Shown here: positions 1 to 9,837 of the stretch, one piece after another | Layout of the letters: each line of letters starts with the position of its first letter | Numbering within the stretch: the first letter of the stretch is position 1 | From: Vicinamibacteria bacterium | GTDB taxonomy: Bacteria > Acidobacteriota > Vicinamibacteria > Marinacidobacterales > Marinacidobacteraceae | Length of the DNA stretch: 64,000 nt | Direction: 5' to 3' | NCBI GenBank assembly: GCA_963668695.2 | Contig: CAXXLQ010000004.1 | Location: forward strand, 1,184,001-1,248,000 | The notes under the pieces: model-generated | The model's database searches: none | Seen by the model: the letters and a program-made list of their open reading frames with translations, nothing else | Told to the model about the DNA's origin: nothing | Made by a program: the position numbers and the translations under genes

Positions 1-1317
1 GTGAACGTAGTTGAGATGGTTCTCCAGCCCGATTTCCGGCACGGCGAAGTCGGCGGCGATATAAGGGGCGGCCGTCAACCGGCGCGGTTCTTCCTTGGCG
101 CTGAAGCGCCGGATGAGCACGTAGTTGCTGCTCGGAACAAGAAGCGCCTTGGCCGTTCGCGCGATGCACTCGGGTTTGTGGCGATCTAACGGCCACGTAG
201 CCTTCATGGCGCGCACATGGTTCATCCAGAGGAGAGGCACGTGGCTCGCCGGGACATTCCCCTCCCCCGCAATGAGTTCCGTCGCTCGAAATGGCACCAC
301 GGGCCCGGTTGAGATGTTCAGCCCCTGCTCGGCCAGACTGCTCGGCCACGAATCCACCAGTGCCAGCGTTTCCTCGTCGTCGTCGCAGACCGGCAGCCGG
401 AGGACCTTGTCCACCGAAGCAAGATCAAGCACCTTCTCTGCGGAAACCTCCCGGACGCTCGGCTTGTGGATGTCGTCGACTCCGAAGCTCGACGATATTG
501 CGAGAGGCATGGTGCCGCGGTTCCGGTGCCAGCGGTCCTGGCGGACGCCAGAGACGATGACGTTCTCCTGAAGCACCGCGTCCCGGCGGAACGCGTCGCG
601 CCGGGAGCCGAACACATGGACTCCGGTCGGCCGGATCATGTCGAAGAAAACGGTGCGGAACTGCCGAAAATACGGACCCGACGCGAAGCTGCGTGGCGTG
701 ATGAACACGAAGTCCCCGTGCTGCCGCAACAGCGAGGCGCCGACCGCCATGAACAGCGCGTAGATGTTCGGCTGGCCGTGGACCACCTCGGACGCGGCCG
801 CCGCGCGGGGATCGTCCTTGCCGATCTTGAAGTAGGGCGGGTTGGCGATGACGACGTCGAAGTTTTCGGTGTCCGCCCGCCCGGGGAAAAGCCCGCGCGG
901 ACGCAAAGCGCCGGGATTCGCCATGATGAAGTCGGCGGCTTCGATGTGGACTGAGACCGTCACTTCATAGCGGGTGCGGCACCAATCGGCGAGATGGTCG
1001 AGGACGGCCCTTAGCGGCGCCAGCAGATCCTTGTCGATCTCGTAGGCGACCAACTCGACGACACCGGGCTTCGGCCGCCGGGAGACGAGTGCCTGCACCG
1101 CGGCGCAGCAGAGGATGCCGACGCCCGCGGCGGGATCGAGGACCCGGGCCTCTTGCGCCTCGCTCGTGATCCTCCCGGCCATGAAATCAGCGACTGGCGC
1201 CGGCGTGAGAAAGAGACCGTGGTCCTTCCGCTCCTGATCGGATTTCTGTCTGATGCACCATTCGCCGATGCGGTCGGCATAGGCCGTGGGTCGCTCCGTC
1301 GTGCGGGGTCCGGGCAT
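1..1317 (-). CDS. N6-adenine DNA methyltransferase, Eco57I/PstI/BsuBI-like (partial, runs off left edge)
   Basis: Absent from the ORF track; translated by hand from ATG 1317: MPGPRTTERP...GLFLTPAPVADFM...VLDPAAGVG (motif I)...VIANPPY (motif IV)...FITPRSFASGPYF...RRFSAKEE...GLENHLNYVH. Confidence 0.9.
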   Translation of the reverse strand, partial: MPGPRTTERPTAYADRIGEWCIRQKSDQERKDHGLFLTPAPVADFMAGRITSEAQEARVLDPAAGVGILCCAAVQALVSRRPKPGVVELVAYEIDKDLLAPLRAVLDHLADWCRTRYEVTVSVHIEAADFIMANPGALRPRGLFPGRADTENFDVVIANPPYFKIGKDDPRAAAASEVVHGQPNIYALFMAVGASLLRQHGDFVFITPRSFASGPYFRQFRTVFFDMIRPTGVHVFGSRRDAFRRDAVLQENVIVSGVRQDRWHRNRGTMPLAISSSFGVDDIHKPSVREVSAEKVLDLASVDKVLRLPVCDDDEETLALVDSWPSSLAEQGLNISTGPVVPFRATELIAGEGNVPASHVPLLWMNHVRAMKATWPLDRHKPECIARTAKALLVPSSNYVLIRRFSAKEEPRRLTAAPYIAADFAVPEIGLENHLNYVH

Positions 1318-1652
1318 GGTTCGGTACGGCTGCGCGGGCGCAGCGCCGGGGTGCTTTCCGAGCGCCTGGTTCAAGATCGGCCTTCTCGACACGCGGCCTC
1401 TTTACTGCTGCCCGCTTGCTCCCCCAGGGTGAGAAGCCACTCGGGTTGGGTGTGGTGTCGCCGTCCACAGCTTCGGCTTGCCCGCGGGGTCATCCAGGCA
1501 GGGGGCGCGTTGCGTCGGGATGCCGGGGCGTTGAACGCGGCGTAGTCTGCCTGGTCCAGGCTCACGGTCAGCCCTCTTCACCCCACGTTGGCCATCGCCT
1601 CTTCATGGCTGCATCCTGAACCCGTTCGGCAGCGTACATTGCTACCCACCAG

Positions 1653-1733
1653 TCAGCAATAGGCGCGATGCAGAGCGCGGCTCCGGACGCGTCGCCGGAT
1701 GGCGGCGGCCATGTCTCCCATCGGCGGGATCAC
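1653..1733 (-). pseudogene. Possible N-terminal remnant of an AbiEii toxin
   Basis: GTG overlaps the abiEi stop (GTGA). Reads MIPPMGDMAAAIRRRVRSRALHRAYC*, resembling the MAASVRxRL start of AbiEii toxins, then stops. Confidence 0.35.
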
Positions 1734-2400
1734 ACTGATAGCGCCTCGAGAACCGGGCCGACGAGCGACTTTGCGCGGCAAACCTCGGCCGCGCGCCAGA
1801 CTTCGTCGGAACTCGCTTTGCGCTCACGCAGGGCGTCGCGGAGCGCCTCGAGGGCCACGTCCATGCCGACCAGTCGGCGGAAGCGGAAGCAGTCCACGAC
1901 GGTGCGGGCTGGGCTGGTGATACGCGCGGGAACGCCTTCGAAGACTGTTTTCTCGACCCCGTAGAGCAGCGAGGCTCCGGAGAAGCGGACCACCCTGACC
2001 GGCAGCTCCGGAATGCGGGGCGTGCGGGCCTTGTGCGGGATCGCGATCCAGACATCGCGCGGAAGCTGGGTGCCGATTTCGTAAATGCACAGGGCGGTCA
2101 GCAGACAGACGATGGCGCGCGGGACCCGCACGCACACGGCAGCGTGGGTGTAATGCTCGGTCAATTCGGCCTCAGCGAGGCGGTAGACGCCGCGCGCTAC
2201 GCGCTCCACCGATCCATCGTTCACCAGGCGTCCGAGCGCGCGGGAGTGGACGCCCAGTTCGGCAGCTTCGTGCGCCCGGAAGAAGGTCTTCCCGGCGAGG
2301 TCCGATAGCCCGGCGACACCCGCCGAGGAGTGCTGTCCGAACCTATCAGGAGATGCCGCCGACTGCCTCGGTCCAGACCAGACAAGCTCCGACCAGGCAT
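1730..2400 (-). CDS. Type IV toxin-antitoxin AbiEi-family antitoxin (start uncertain)
   Basis: C-terminal part of ORF 1730..2602: FRAHEAAELGV...VERVARGVYRL...VCLLTAL...ITSPARTVVDCFRFRRLVGMDVALEAL. Confidence 0.85.
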
Positions 2401-3054
2401 CAAGTTGCAGGAGTCCGCTCCGACCATCGCGAACGCGGTCCTTTCCTGTGAACCTGCATCGGTTGCAGGCAGCTCCGACCATCGTGGTCCGGTTCCTTCT
2501 CCCACAACGCGCCCGGTGGACGCTAGTAGATTGCCTGCTCCCGGACACGGTGCGCCCGAGATCGCCCGGCGACAGCTGCCTCTCCATCAAGCCGGCAGGC
2601 ATCTCTGTTCACAATTGCCTACGATAGTCCATCCGCAGAGGGTTGCGCGCCAACATCTGTGCGAGCTTTCGATAGTCCCGCGGATGTCCTAGGCTCTTCA
2701 AGCGACGACCTCCTCGAAGAGGGTTTTCTGTTGACCATCAGCCGGCATCTCTGTGGCATGACTACGACGACCATCTCTCCAGGTGACGGCGAGTTCGCGG
2801 TAATGATGGGGCTGGCGATTCCGCCCGACGGATGCGTATCCTCCGGTCGGCGATGACGGTGGCGGTCGGGTGCTGGGTCTGGAGGGCGAGATCGGCTGGT
2901 TCCACCCAGGTTCGGCGCCTGTGTGGATCGCGGTGGAGGGAATCGGCTCGACAACATCCGGGTGATGGAGGATGTGCGCTTCGTTGGGGTTGTCACGATA
3001 TGCCGATCCCCCTCCAGAGTATTGAAGAACGTGGAAAGCACAGACGGTCTAGGC

Positions 3055-3101
3055 GTTTCGCGGCCTGCGGCCGCGATGCCGGTCTGAAGACCGGCGGTCC
3101 C
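3055..3101 (-). repeat. REP-like palindrome (empty allele)
   Basis: Reverse complement reads GGGACCGCCGGTCTTCAGACCGGCATCGCGGCCGCAGGCCGCGAAAC; same family as 15092-15390, 46294-46319 and 63221-63245. Confidence 0.8.
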
Positions 3102-3220
3102 TCTCCAGCTCTGTCGCCAAGGCCGGGTCGGCGATTCCCGGCGGGGCACCGGCGCCCACGTCTAACCCGCTGAAGCGGCAAGTGTTTCGCTCGAGGAAGC
3201 GTTACGGCGCACCGTTTCCG

Positions 3221-3499
3221 GGCGGTCCCTATACTCGCTGACCCCCACTCAGGAAGGACGGAGGTCCTCGTTCACCGGGAGGTGACTCATGCGAAAGCGA
3301 TTTACCAGGTTCGGCCGCCGGCCTGGCATCGCTTGACCCTGGTGGCTTGGCCGTCGTCACGGGACGCAGTCCCAAACCGGCTCGGCGCGCGCTGGCCGTG
3401 ACCGGCCGGCGGTCCCTATACTCGCTGACCCCCACTCAGGAAGGACGGAGTCCTCGTTCACCGGGAGGTGACTCATGCGAAAGCGATTTACCAGGTTCG
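3221..3499 (+). repeat. ~92-bp direct repeat of the TBDR promoter/RBS/first codons (3221-3313 and 3408-3499)
   Basis: ggcggtccctatactcgctg...ggaggtgactcatgcgaaagcgatttaccaggttcg occurs twice with a 1-nt indel. Contains TATACT (-10-like) and GGAGGT. Confidence 0.9.
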
Positions 3500-6342
3500 C
3501 GATCCTTGGGGTCGCGCTAGCGCTCGCGCTGGGTGCAGGAGCTCAGACGTCCACGGTGAGCGACGCCACCGGAGCGGTGCTCCCGGGCGTCACCGTCACC
3601 GCGTCCAGCCCGGCGCTGATCCAGGACCAGGTGGTGGTCAGCGGCGGCCAGGGGACCTACGTCTTCCCGGCGCTCCCCACCGGGGCGTACACGGTCGGCT
3701 TCGCCCTGCCCGGGTTCGGTTCGGTGGTCCGCGAAAACATCCAGATGACCCTGAACACCACGCTCACCGTGAACACCACGCTGAATGTGGGCACCCTCGA
3801 AGAGGTGATCACCATCACCGGCCAGGCTCCGGTGGTGGACGTCAAGACCACCACCACCGGCGTGAACTTCACCGAGGAACTCCTCGAGGACATCCCGAAC
3901 GCCCGTGACATCTGGGCGGCGATGGCGCAGGCCCCCGGCTTCCAGATGGAGGGCTACGACGTCGGCGGCTCCCACATGGGCACCCAGACGGGATTCCAGG
4001 CCTTCGGCTTCGGGGACCAGCACCGCACGATGCTCGAGGGAATCAACGTCACCGAGACGACCTCGGGGAACGCCGGCTACTTCGACTACGGCAGCTTCGA
4101 GGACTTCCAGCTCGGCGGCTCGGGGAACATGGGCGAGACCCACGGACTCGGCGCCTTCTTCAACCTCACGGTGAAGTCCGGCGGCGACCGCTTCAATGGC
4201 GACATCTACGTGGACTTCGAGAACGACAGCACCGTCGGCGACAACGTCCCGGACGCGCTCCGGACCGGCGGCGGGACCAGCGGCCCCTACAAGGCGGGGT
4301 CCCGGGGCCTTGAAGCCGGCAACCCGATCACCCTCCAGAGCGACATCAACATCGGCATCGGCGGTCCGCTCTATCCCGGGAAGGCCTGGTTCTACGGCGG
4401 CTACCGGCTGAACCACCAGGAGAAGCTCACCATCGGGAACCCCGATCCGGCGACCACCCAGCTCGGCAACTGGACCGCGAAGGCGACCTACCAGCTCAGC
4501 GATTCCAGCCAGTTGATCGGTTTCTTCAACCGGCGCACCAAGCTGCAGGCGGAGCGCAACCTGGGGCCGACGATTCCGGTGGACGCCGCCTGGTACCAGA
4601 GTTCGGTGAACAAGCCGATGAAGCTCGGGTACACGAACGTCCTCACCGACAAGGTCTTCCTGAACCTGCAGCTCAGCCACTGGATCAACCAGTTCCCGCT
4701 GTTCTCGACCCAGACGAAGACGGAGAGCGTGGAAGGGCTGCTGCCCGGCCGGCTGGAGGTCAACACGGGCGACATCACCAACGCCCAGAACTACTACCAC
4801 TTGCGCAACGTCACCAAGCCGCAGATCTCCGGCAACCTGACCTACTTTGCGGACGACTTCGCCGGGCAGCACACGCTCAAGATCGGGACCGAGATCTACC
4901 GGGAACGCCGGAAATTCCTGCGGATGCAGCCGGGGGACATCTTCTATCGGGATCGTGACGGCGTGCCTTCCGAGGTGGACATCTACAACACCCCGAACAC
5001 CGGCGTGAACGACATCTTCCTCACCGCGATTTACGGGCAGGACTCCTGGACCCTCAACAACCGGCTGACCCTGAACCTCGGCTTCCGGTTCGACCGCTAC
5101 GTGATGGGCTGGCCGGACCAGTCCATGTCTCCGACCCACTCCGACATCTTCCCGCCGCTCGAAGTGGCGCAGCGGGACGTGCTGACCATGTCGAACATCG
5201 GGCCGCGCCTCGGCGCCGCTTTCGATCTGACCGGGAAGGGCCAGACGGTGGTGAAGCTGTTCTTCGGCCGCTTCTACTGGAACCCGAGCACCACCATCGT
5301 GGATGACGAGAACCCGGTGGGACAGGCCGCCTTCCGCCACGAGTTCAACGACCTGAACGGGAACCGGGTCCTGGACCCGGGTCCGAGCGGCCTCGGCGAC
5401 TCGCCCGAGCTCGGGGAAAAGATCAGCACCCTGGGGGGCGCGGGGTTCGTAACCGTGGACCCGAACCTGACGAACTCCTACGGTCACGAACTGTCGGCCC
5501 ACTTCGAGCAGCAGCTCGCCGACAACTTCTCCTTCCGGGCCTCCTACGTCAACAAGACCTCCCGGAACGGCTACGGGATCGTGGACCTGAACCGCGCCTT
5601 CGCCTACAACGTCCCCTACACCTTCGAAGACCGCGGGCCGGACAACGTGGCCGGGACCGGAGACGACCAGGCGGTCCAACTCATGGACCGCCAGCCGGGA
5701 GTCCCGGAAGACCGCCAGTACGTGAACCCCGGCGCCTACGGGCTTCCGAACCCGGACGGCAACTACCACACCGTGGAGGTGGCGCTGAACCGCCGCTTCG
5801 CGAACCGCTGGATGTTCCTGACCTCGTTCCTGCACACCTGGTCGAACGCCTACCTGCGCACCACGTCCTCGACGAGCGTGCGCGCCGCCGCCCGCTTTGA
5901 CTTCATCGAGGGCACGACCTACGAATGGCGGGCGAACCAGTCGCTCCGCCTGGGGCCGATCGACACCACCTACTGGAACTACAAGCTGGTGGCTCGCTAC
6001 ATCTTTCCCTGGGATCTCGGGGTGAGCGCCTCCTACAAACTCCAGAGCGGGTATGAGACCGGACGCCGCGTCAGCGTGCGGCTGCCGAACGCCGGCAGCG
6101 AGCGCGTGATGCCGGACGGCTACAACGACCGGGCGCCGAACGTCGGCATCTTCGACATGCGCGCCGAGAAGTCGTTCGGCCATCCGGGAGGAGCGACGAT
6201 GGCCCTTCTGTTCGACGGCTTCAACCTGACCAACAGCGCGACGGTGCTCAACTACCGGACCATCTCGGGTAACCGCTACAACGAGATCGTGGCGATTCTC
6301 GACCCCCGGGTGTTCCGGCTCGGCGTCCGGCTCGAGTTCTGA
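3475..6342 (+). CDS. TonB-dependent receptor with carboxypeptidase-regulatory-like N-domain
   Basis: 955 aa; signal peptide, DATGAVLPGVTVT, plug motif VKSGGDRFNG, C-terminal RLGVRLEF. Confidence 0.9.
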   Translation: MRKRFTRFAILGVALALALGAGAQTSTVSDATGAVLPGVTVTASSPALIQDQVVVSGGQGTYVFPALPTGAYTVGFALPGFGSVVRENIQMTLNTTLTVNTTLNVGTLEEVITITGQAPVVDVKTTTTGVNFTEELLEDIPNARDIWAAMAQAPGFQMEGYDVGGSHMGTQTGFQAFGFGDQHRTMLEGINVTETTSGNAGYFDYGSFEDFQLGGSGNMGETHGLGAFFNLTVKSGGDRFNGDIYVDFENDSTVGDNVPDALRTGGGTSGPYKAGSRGLEAGNPITLQSDINIGIGGPLYPGKAWFYGGYRLNHQEKLTIGNPDPATTQLGNWTAKATYQLSDSSQLIGFFNRRTKLQAERNLGPTIPVDAAWYQSSVNKPMKLGYTNVLTDKVFLNLQLSHWINQFPLFSTQTKTESVEGLLPGRLEVNTGDITNAQNYYHLRNVTKPQISGNLTYFADDFAGQHTLKIGTEIYRERRKFLRMQPGDIFYRDRDGVPSEVDIYNTPNTGVNDIFLTAIYGQDSWTLNNRLTLNLGFRFDRYVMGWPDQSMSPTHSDIFPPLEVAQRDVLTMSNIGPRLGAAFDLTGKGQTVVKLFFGRFYWNPSTTIVDDENPVGQAAFRHEFNDLNGNRVLDPGPSGLGDSPELGEKISTLGGAGFVTVDPNLTNSYGHELSAHFEQQLADNFSFRASYVNKTSRNGYGIVDLNRAFAYNVPYTFEDRGPDNVAGTGDDQAVQLMDRQPGVPEDRQYVNPGAYGLPNPDGNYHTVEVALNRRFANRWMFLTSFLHTWSNAYLRTTSSTSVRAAARFDFIEGTTYEWRANQSLRLGPIDTTYWNYKLVARYIFPWDLGVSASYKLQSGYETGRRVSVRLPNAGSERVMPDGYNDRAPNVGIFDMRAEKSFGHPGGATMALLFDGFNLTNSATVLNYRTISGNRYNEIVAILDPRVFRLGVRLEF

Positions 6343-6375
6343 CGAAAACCAGTTCTGACGAAACCCTGAAGGGAA

Positions 6376-6403
6376 GGAGCGCCGGCTTTCGGGCCAGCGC
6401 TCC
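6376..6403. terminator. Hairpin between convergent genes
   Basis: GGAGCGCCGGC-TTTCGG-GCCAGCGCTCC stem-loop after the TBDR stop. Confidence 0.6.
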
Positions 6404-6421
6404 GGACGCGGCGCCGCGGTC

Positions 6422-6655
6422 TTAGCCGCCGAACCGCGCCAGTCCGAAGAAGGGCTCCTTCTCGCGCTCGCTGAGCGCCTGCCCGGCCAGCATTTCGCCG
6501 AGGGCCGGGCCGAGCTGGTAGCCGTGCCCGGACCCGCCGCCGGCGATCCAGGCGTTCGCCGCCTCCGGGTGGGTGTCCACGATGACGTGCCCGTCGGCGC
6601 TTTGCTCGTACTGGCAGACCCGCGCCTCGATCAGCGGGGCGCCGCGCATTGTCAT
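6422..6655 (-). pseudogene. C-terminal fragment of a FAD-dependent oxidoreductase
   Basis: MRGAPLIEARVCQYEQSADGH...GGGSGHGY...EPFFGLARFGG is nearly identical to the ends of 8521..9825 and 9838..11118; the upstream part is missing. Confidence 0.85.
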
Positions 6656-6818
6656 TGCCCTTTTCTTTCCCGGACGCCTGAGCGCAGGGCCCGGGGACTC
6701 GTACCCGGAGCCCGGGATTCGGCCGGGCCGGTGGGCGTACACTCGATCCGGAGGGCAGCGGTCCCTTGAGCGCCCGCCTGCCCGATTCCCATCCCCGATT
6801 CCCATCAAGGAGAGACCC

Positions 6819-8105
6819 ATGAAGCCACCGGAACACAGCAGTCCATGGAATCGGCGACGCTTCCTCCAGACTACGGCGGCCGCCGGGCTGGCCGCGCTTC
6901 CCGGCGTCGGCGCGCTCGCGAGCCCAGCGGAATCCGGCGGGCGCGCCCGACCCCGCACCCAGCCGGAATCGCCGGGCCCCACCCCGAGCGATCCTCTCGG
7001 CGTCCGGGCCAGTTTTCCGGTCACCGAGGAACTCGCCTACCTCAACAATGCGGCGGTGGGACCGCTGCCGGTGCCCGTCCGCGACGCCCTCCACCGCTAC
7101 GCGGACAACAAGATGCGGCGCCGCGACGCCGCGGCGGGTAGCGAGGCCGTGGCGGGTGCGCGCTCCCGCTTCGCCAGCCTGTTCGGCGCCGAAGAGGACG
7201 AGCTCGCCTTCCTCTACTCCACCAGCGGGGCCGAGAACATCATCGTGAACGCGATGGACTGGCGGCCGGGCGACAACGTGGTCGTGGACGAGCTGCACTT
7301 CGTCACCACCTTCGTGCTCTACCGCGAACTCGAGCGCCGGGAGGGGGTCGAACTGAGGATCGTCCCGTCGCGGGACGGCGTCGTGACGGTCGACGACTTC
7401 GCCGCGCGGACCGACGCCCGGACGCGGCTGCTCAGCGTGGCGTGGGTGTCGAACCGCAACGGCTTCCGCTATGACCTGCCCGCGCTGGCCGACCTCGCCC
7501 ATGCTCACGGGGGCTACCTCTACGCCGACGCCATCCAGGCGTGGGGCACGTTCCCGACCAACCTCCACGACGAGAAGGTCGACTTCGCCTGCGGCAATGG
7601 GTACAAGTGGCTGCACGCGGACTTCGGCTGCGCACCCTTCTACGTGCGCCGCGAGCACCTGGACTGGATGACGCCCGACCGGCACGGGCATCGTCAGGTC
7701 GCCGAGTCGCTGCCCGGGCATCGCTACCGCCTCGAAACCAGCGCGGCCAAGCTCGAGTACGGGAGCCCGGCCTACGGTCCGGTGGCCGCGATGGACGCTG
7801 CGCTCGCGTTTGTCGGGGAGGTTGGGCTCGATCGCATCGCCGGGCACACGCACGCCCTCGCGGGCGAACTGCGCGAGGCCGCCGCGGCGCTGGGGATGCG
7901 GATGTTCACCCCGCCGAAGAACCCGTCCGCCATTGTCAGCTTCTACCATGGGCTCGATCACGAACGGCTGAGCCGGGCGCTCGCCGACGAGGACGTGTCC
8001 GTCACCTTTCAGGAGGACGGGCAACTGCTGCGCGCCGGCCTGGGGATGTTCAACAGCCGCGACGACCTCGACCGGCTGCTGGGGGTGATCCGGCGGCTGG
8101 TGTAG
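6819..8105 (+). CDS. Tat-exported class V aminotransferase / cysteine desulfurase-like PLP enzyme
   Basis: AAGGAG RBS then ATG 6819; NRRRFL Tat motif; YLNNAAVGP, DAIQAWG, GYKWL (PLP lysine). Confidence 0.85.
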   Translation: MKPPEHSSPWNRRRFLQTTAAAGLAALPGVGALASPAESGGRARPRTQPESPGPTPSDPLGVRASFPVTEELAYLNNAAVGPLPVPVRDALHRYADNKMRRRDAAAGSEAVAGARSRFASLFGAEEDELAFLYSTSGAENIIVNAMDWRPGDNVVVDELHFVTTFVLYRELERREGVELRIVPSRDGVVTVDDFAARTDARTRLLSVAWVSNRNGFRYDLPALADLAHAHGGYLYADAIQAWGTFPTNLHDEKVDFACGNGYKWLHADFGCAPFYVRREHLDWMTPDRHGHRQVAESLPGHRYRLETSAAKLEYGSPAYGPVAAMDAALAFVGEVGLDRIAGHTHALAGELREAAAALGMRMFTPPKNPSAIVSFYHGLDHERLSRALADEDVSVTFQEDGQLLRAGLGMFNSRDDLDRLLGVIRRLV

Positions 8106-8110
8106 GCCGG

Positions 8111-8297
8111 CCGCGCCGTGAAACCGATGCCGCGCCGTGAAACCGATGTCGCGCCGTGAAACCGATGTCGCGCCGTGAAACCGATGCCGCGCCGTGAAAC
8201 CGATGTCGCGCCGGTGAAACCGACGGTCGGGACCGCCCGTGAAACCGATGTCGCGCCGTGAAACCGATGTCGCGTCGTGGAACCGATGCCGCGCCGG
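8111..8297 (+). repeat. Tandem repeat, ~9 copies of 19-bp YCGCGCCGTGAAACCGATG
   Basis: Units start at 8111, 8130, 8149, 8168, 8187, 8206 (variant), 8226 (variant), 8251 and 8270; no spacers. Confidence 0.9.
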
Positions 8298-8325
8298 CAC
8301 GAAGGCAAAAGGTCTGGTCGGGCGG

Positions 8326-8446
8326 CAGTGCGGTGCTCAACTACGAGACCATCTCCGGGGGGACCATCTCCGGGTCGCGGTACAACGAGATCGTCGCCAT
8401 CCTCGACCCGCGGGTCTTCCGGGTGGGCGTCCGGATCGAGTTCTGA
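8326..8446 (+). pseudogene. C-terminal remnant of a second TonB-dependent receptor
   Basis: SAVLNYETISG...RYNEIVAILDPRVFRVGVRIEF* matches the end of 3475..6342. Confidence 0.85.
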
Positions 8447-8462
8447 TCCGATCCTGAACCCC

Positions 8463-8493
8463 GGGGCGCCGGCCTTCGGGTCGGCGTCCCTTT
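8463..8493 (+). terminator. Hairpin, paralog of 6376-6403
   Basis: GGGGCGCCGGCC-TTCG-GGTCGGCGTCCC-TTT. Confidence 0.65.
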
Positions 8494-8520
8494 CGGCCTG
8501 ACTCCTCCGCCTGACTCCCC

Positions 8521-9825
8521 TCAGGCGAACCGCGCCAGTCCGAAGAAGGGTTCCTTCTCGCGCTCGCCGAGCGCCTGCCCGGCCAGCATCTCGCCGAGCG
8601 CCGGGCCGAGCTTGTAGCCGTGCCCGGACCCGCCGCCGGCGATCCAGGCGTTCACCGCCTCCGGGTGGGTGTCCACGATGAGGTGCCCGTCGGCGCTCTG
8701 TTCGTACTGGCAGACCCGCGACTCGATCAGCGGGGCGCCCCGCATCGCCGGAAAGCGGCGCTCCATGTAGGTCCGCCCCGTCCGGATGGCTTCCGGGGAG
8801 GGCGTGCGGTCCCCGTTCGTGGGATCGAACGGCGCGCCCCGGGAGTCGTCCGCCACCTTGAAGCCGCGGTAGTTGCTCCCGGGGACTCCGTAGAACAGGC
8901 TCGCCCCCGTCTCGACCCAGACCGGCAGCTCGGCGTCGGTCAGATCGGTGCGGCCGGGAGGCGTGCCGAAATAGAGGATCTCCTGCCGCGTGGGGCTCAC
9001 GAGGGGCGGATCGAATCCGGGGAAGAGTTGCGCGAGCCAGGGGCCGCCCGCAAAGACGAAGAGGTCGGCTTCCAGGGTTTCACCGCTCGCCAGCCGGACG
9101 TCCCGCATTGTCCCGTTCGCGACGGTTCCCGCCGCCGCCTTGGCCTGCCGGTACTCGCCTCCCTCGGCCAGGAAGCCCTCGAGCACCCGCTGGCAGCCGC
9201 GCCGCGCGAGCAGGTAGCCGGCGCTCTTCTCGTAGAGCGCGTAGGCGAGGCCTTCGGGGTTGATCTGGGGGAAGCGGCGCGCGAGGTCCTCGCCGGTCAG
9301 CTCCTCGAAGGGGACGCCGAGGTCGGCGAGGATCGGGACCGCATCGGTCGCGTAGCGGTCCACGCCGTCGCTCATCCAGAGCGCGCCGGTCTCGAAGAAC
9401 AGTTGGTCGTGCCAGCGTTCCCCGGCCTCTTTCCAGATCTCGAGCGCCCGGACCACCATCTCGGAATAGATGCGGTCGGGGCCGTAGGTGGCGCGGATGA
9501 CCCGCGTTTCTCCCCCCGAGCTCGCCCGCGAGTTGCCGGGGCCCCAGGCGTCGACCACGGTGACCTGGGCGCCGCGCCGCAGGAGTTCGAGCGCCGTCCA
9601 GCCGCCAAAAGCGCCGGCGCCCACCACGACGGCGCGGACTCCGCGTCCGGCCTGGGACGCGCTTCCGCTCGCGGTGCGGGCTTTTGCCGTTCCGGCGGGG
9701 GCTTCTGCCGTTTTGCCGGGGTCACTCCCGGCGCCCTCGCCGCAGGCGGCGAACGCCCCGGCGGCAGCCCCCGCGGCAAGTCCGGTCGCGATCGCTTCGC
9801 GGCGTGAAATCCGGCGTTTCGTCAT
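8521..9825 (-). CDS. FAD-dependent oxidoreductase (sarcosine oxidase / N-methyl-amino-acid oxidase-like) with Tat lipoprotein signal
   Basis: SRREAI...FAAC; VVGAGAFG; ASSGGETRVIR; GGGSGHGYK. Confidence 0.85.
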   Translation of the reverse strand: MTKRRISRREAIATGLAAGAAAGAFAACGEGAGSDPGKTAEAPAGTAKARTASGSASQAGRGVRAVVVGAGAFGGWTALELLRRGAQVTVVDAWGPGNSRASSGGETRVIRATYGPDRIYSEMVVRALEIWKEAGERWHDQLFFETGALWMSDGVDRYATDAVPILADLGVPFEELTGEDLARRFPQINPEGLAYALYEKSAGYLLARRGCQRVLEGFLAEGGEYRQAKAAAGTVANGTMRDVRLASGETLEADLFVFAGGPWLAQLFPGFDPPLVSPTRQEILYFGTPPGRTDLTDAELPVWVETGASLFYGVPGSNYRGFKVADDSRGAPFDPTNGDRTPSPEAIRTGRTYMERRFPAMRGAPLIESRVCQYEQSADGHLIVDTHPEAVNAWIAGGGSGHGYKLGPALGEMLAGQALGEREKEPFFGLARFA

Positions 9826-9837
9826 GACCCGGCCATC

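Noticed and set aside
3270-3470. CACCGGGAG at the TBDR RBS as copies of the 19-mer
   Set aside because: Only about 9 nt match, and the Shine-Dalgarno sequence explains it.
3517-6183. Long antisense ORFs (also 9907..12075, 19063..20802, 44392..46401, 49727..52456)
   Set aside because: Shadow ORFs opposite well-supported genes, expected from high-GC codon bias.
8111-8297. CRISPR array (unit contains GTCGCGCC and TGAAAC, like type I-C repeat ends)
   Set aside because: 19-bp period with no unique spacers and no cas genes in the window.
6240-8446. Diversity-generating retroelement TR/VR pair formed by the two TBDR C-termini
   Set aside because: Differences are mostly synonymous and not adenine-specific, the homology extends into the neighbouring gene, and there is no reverse transcriptase in the window.
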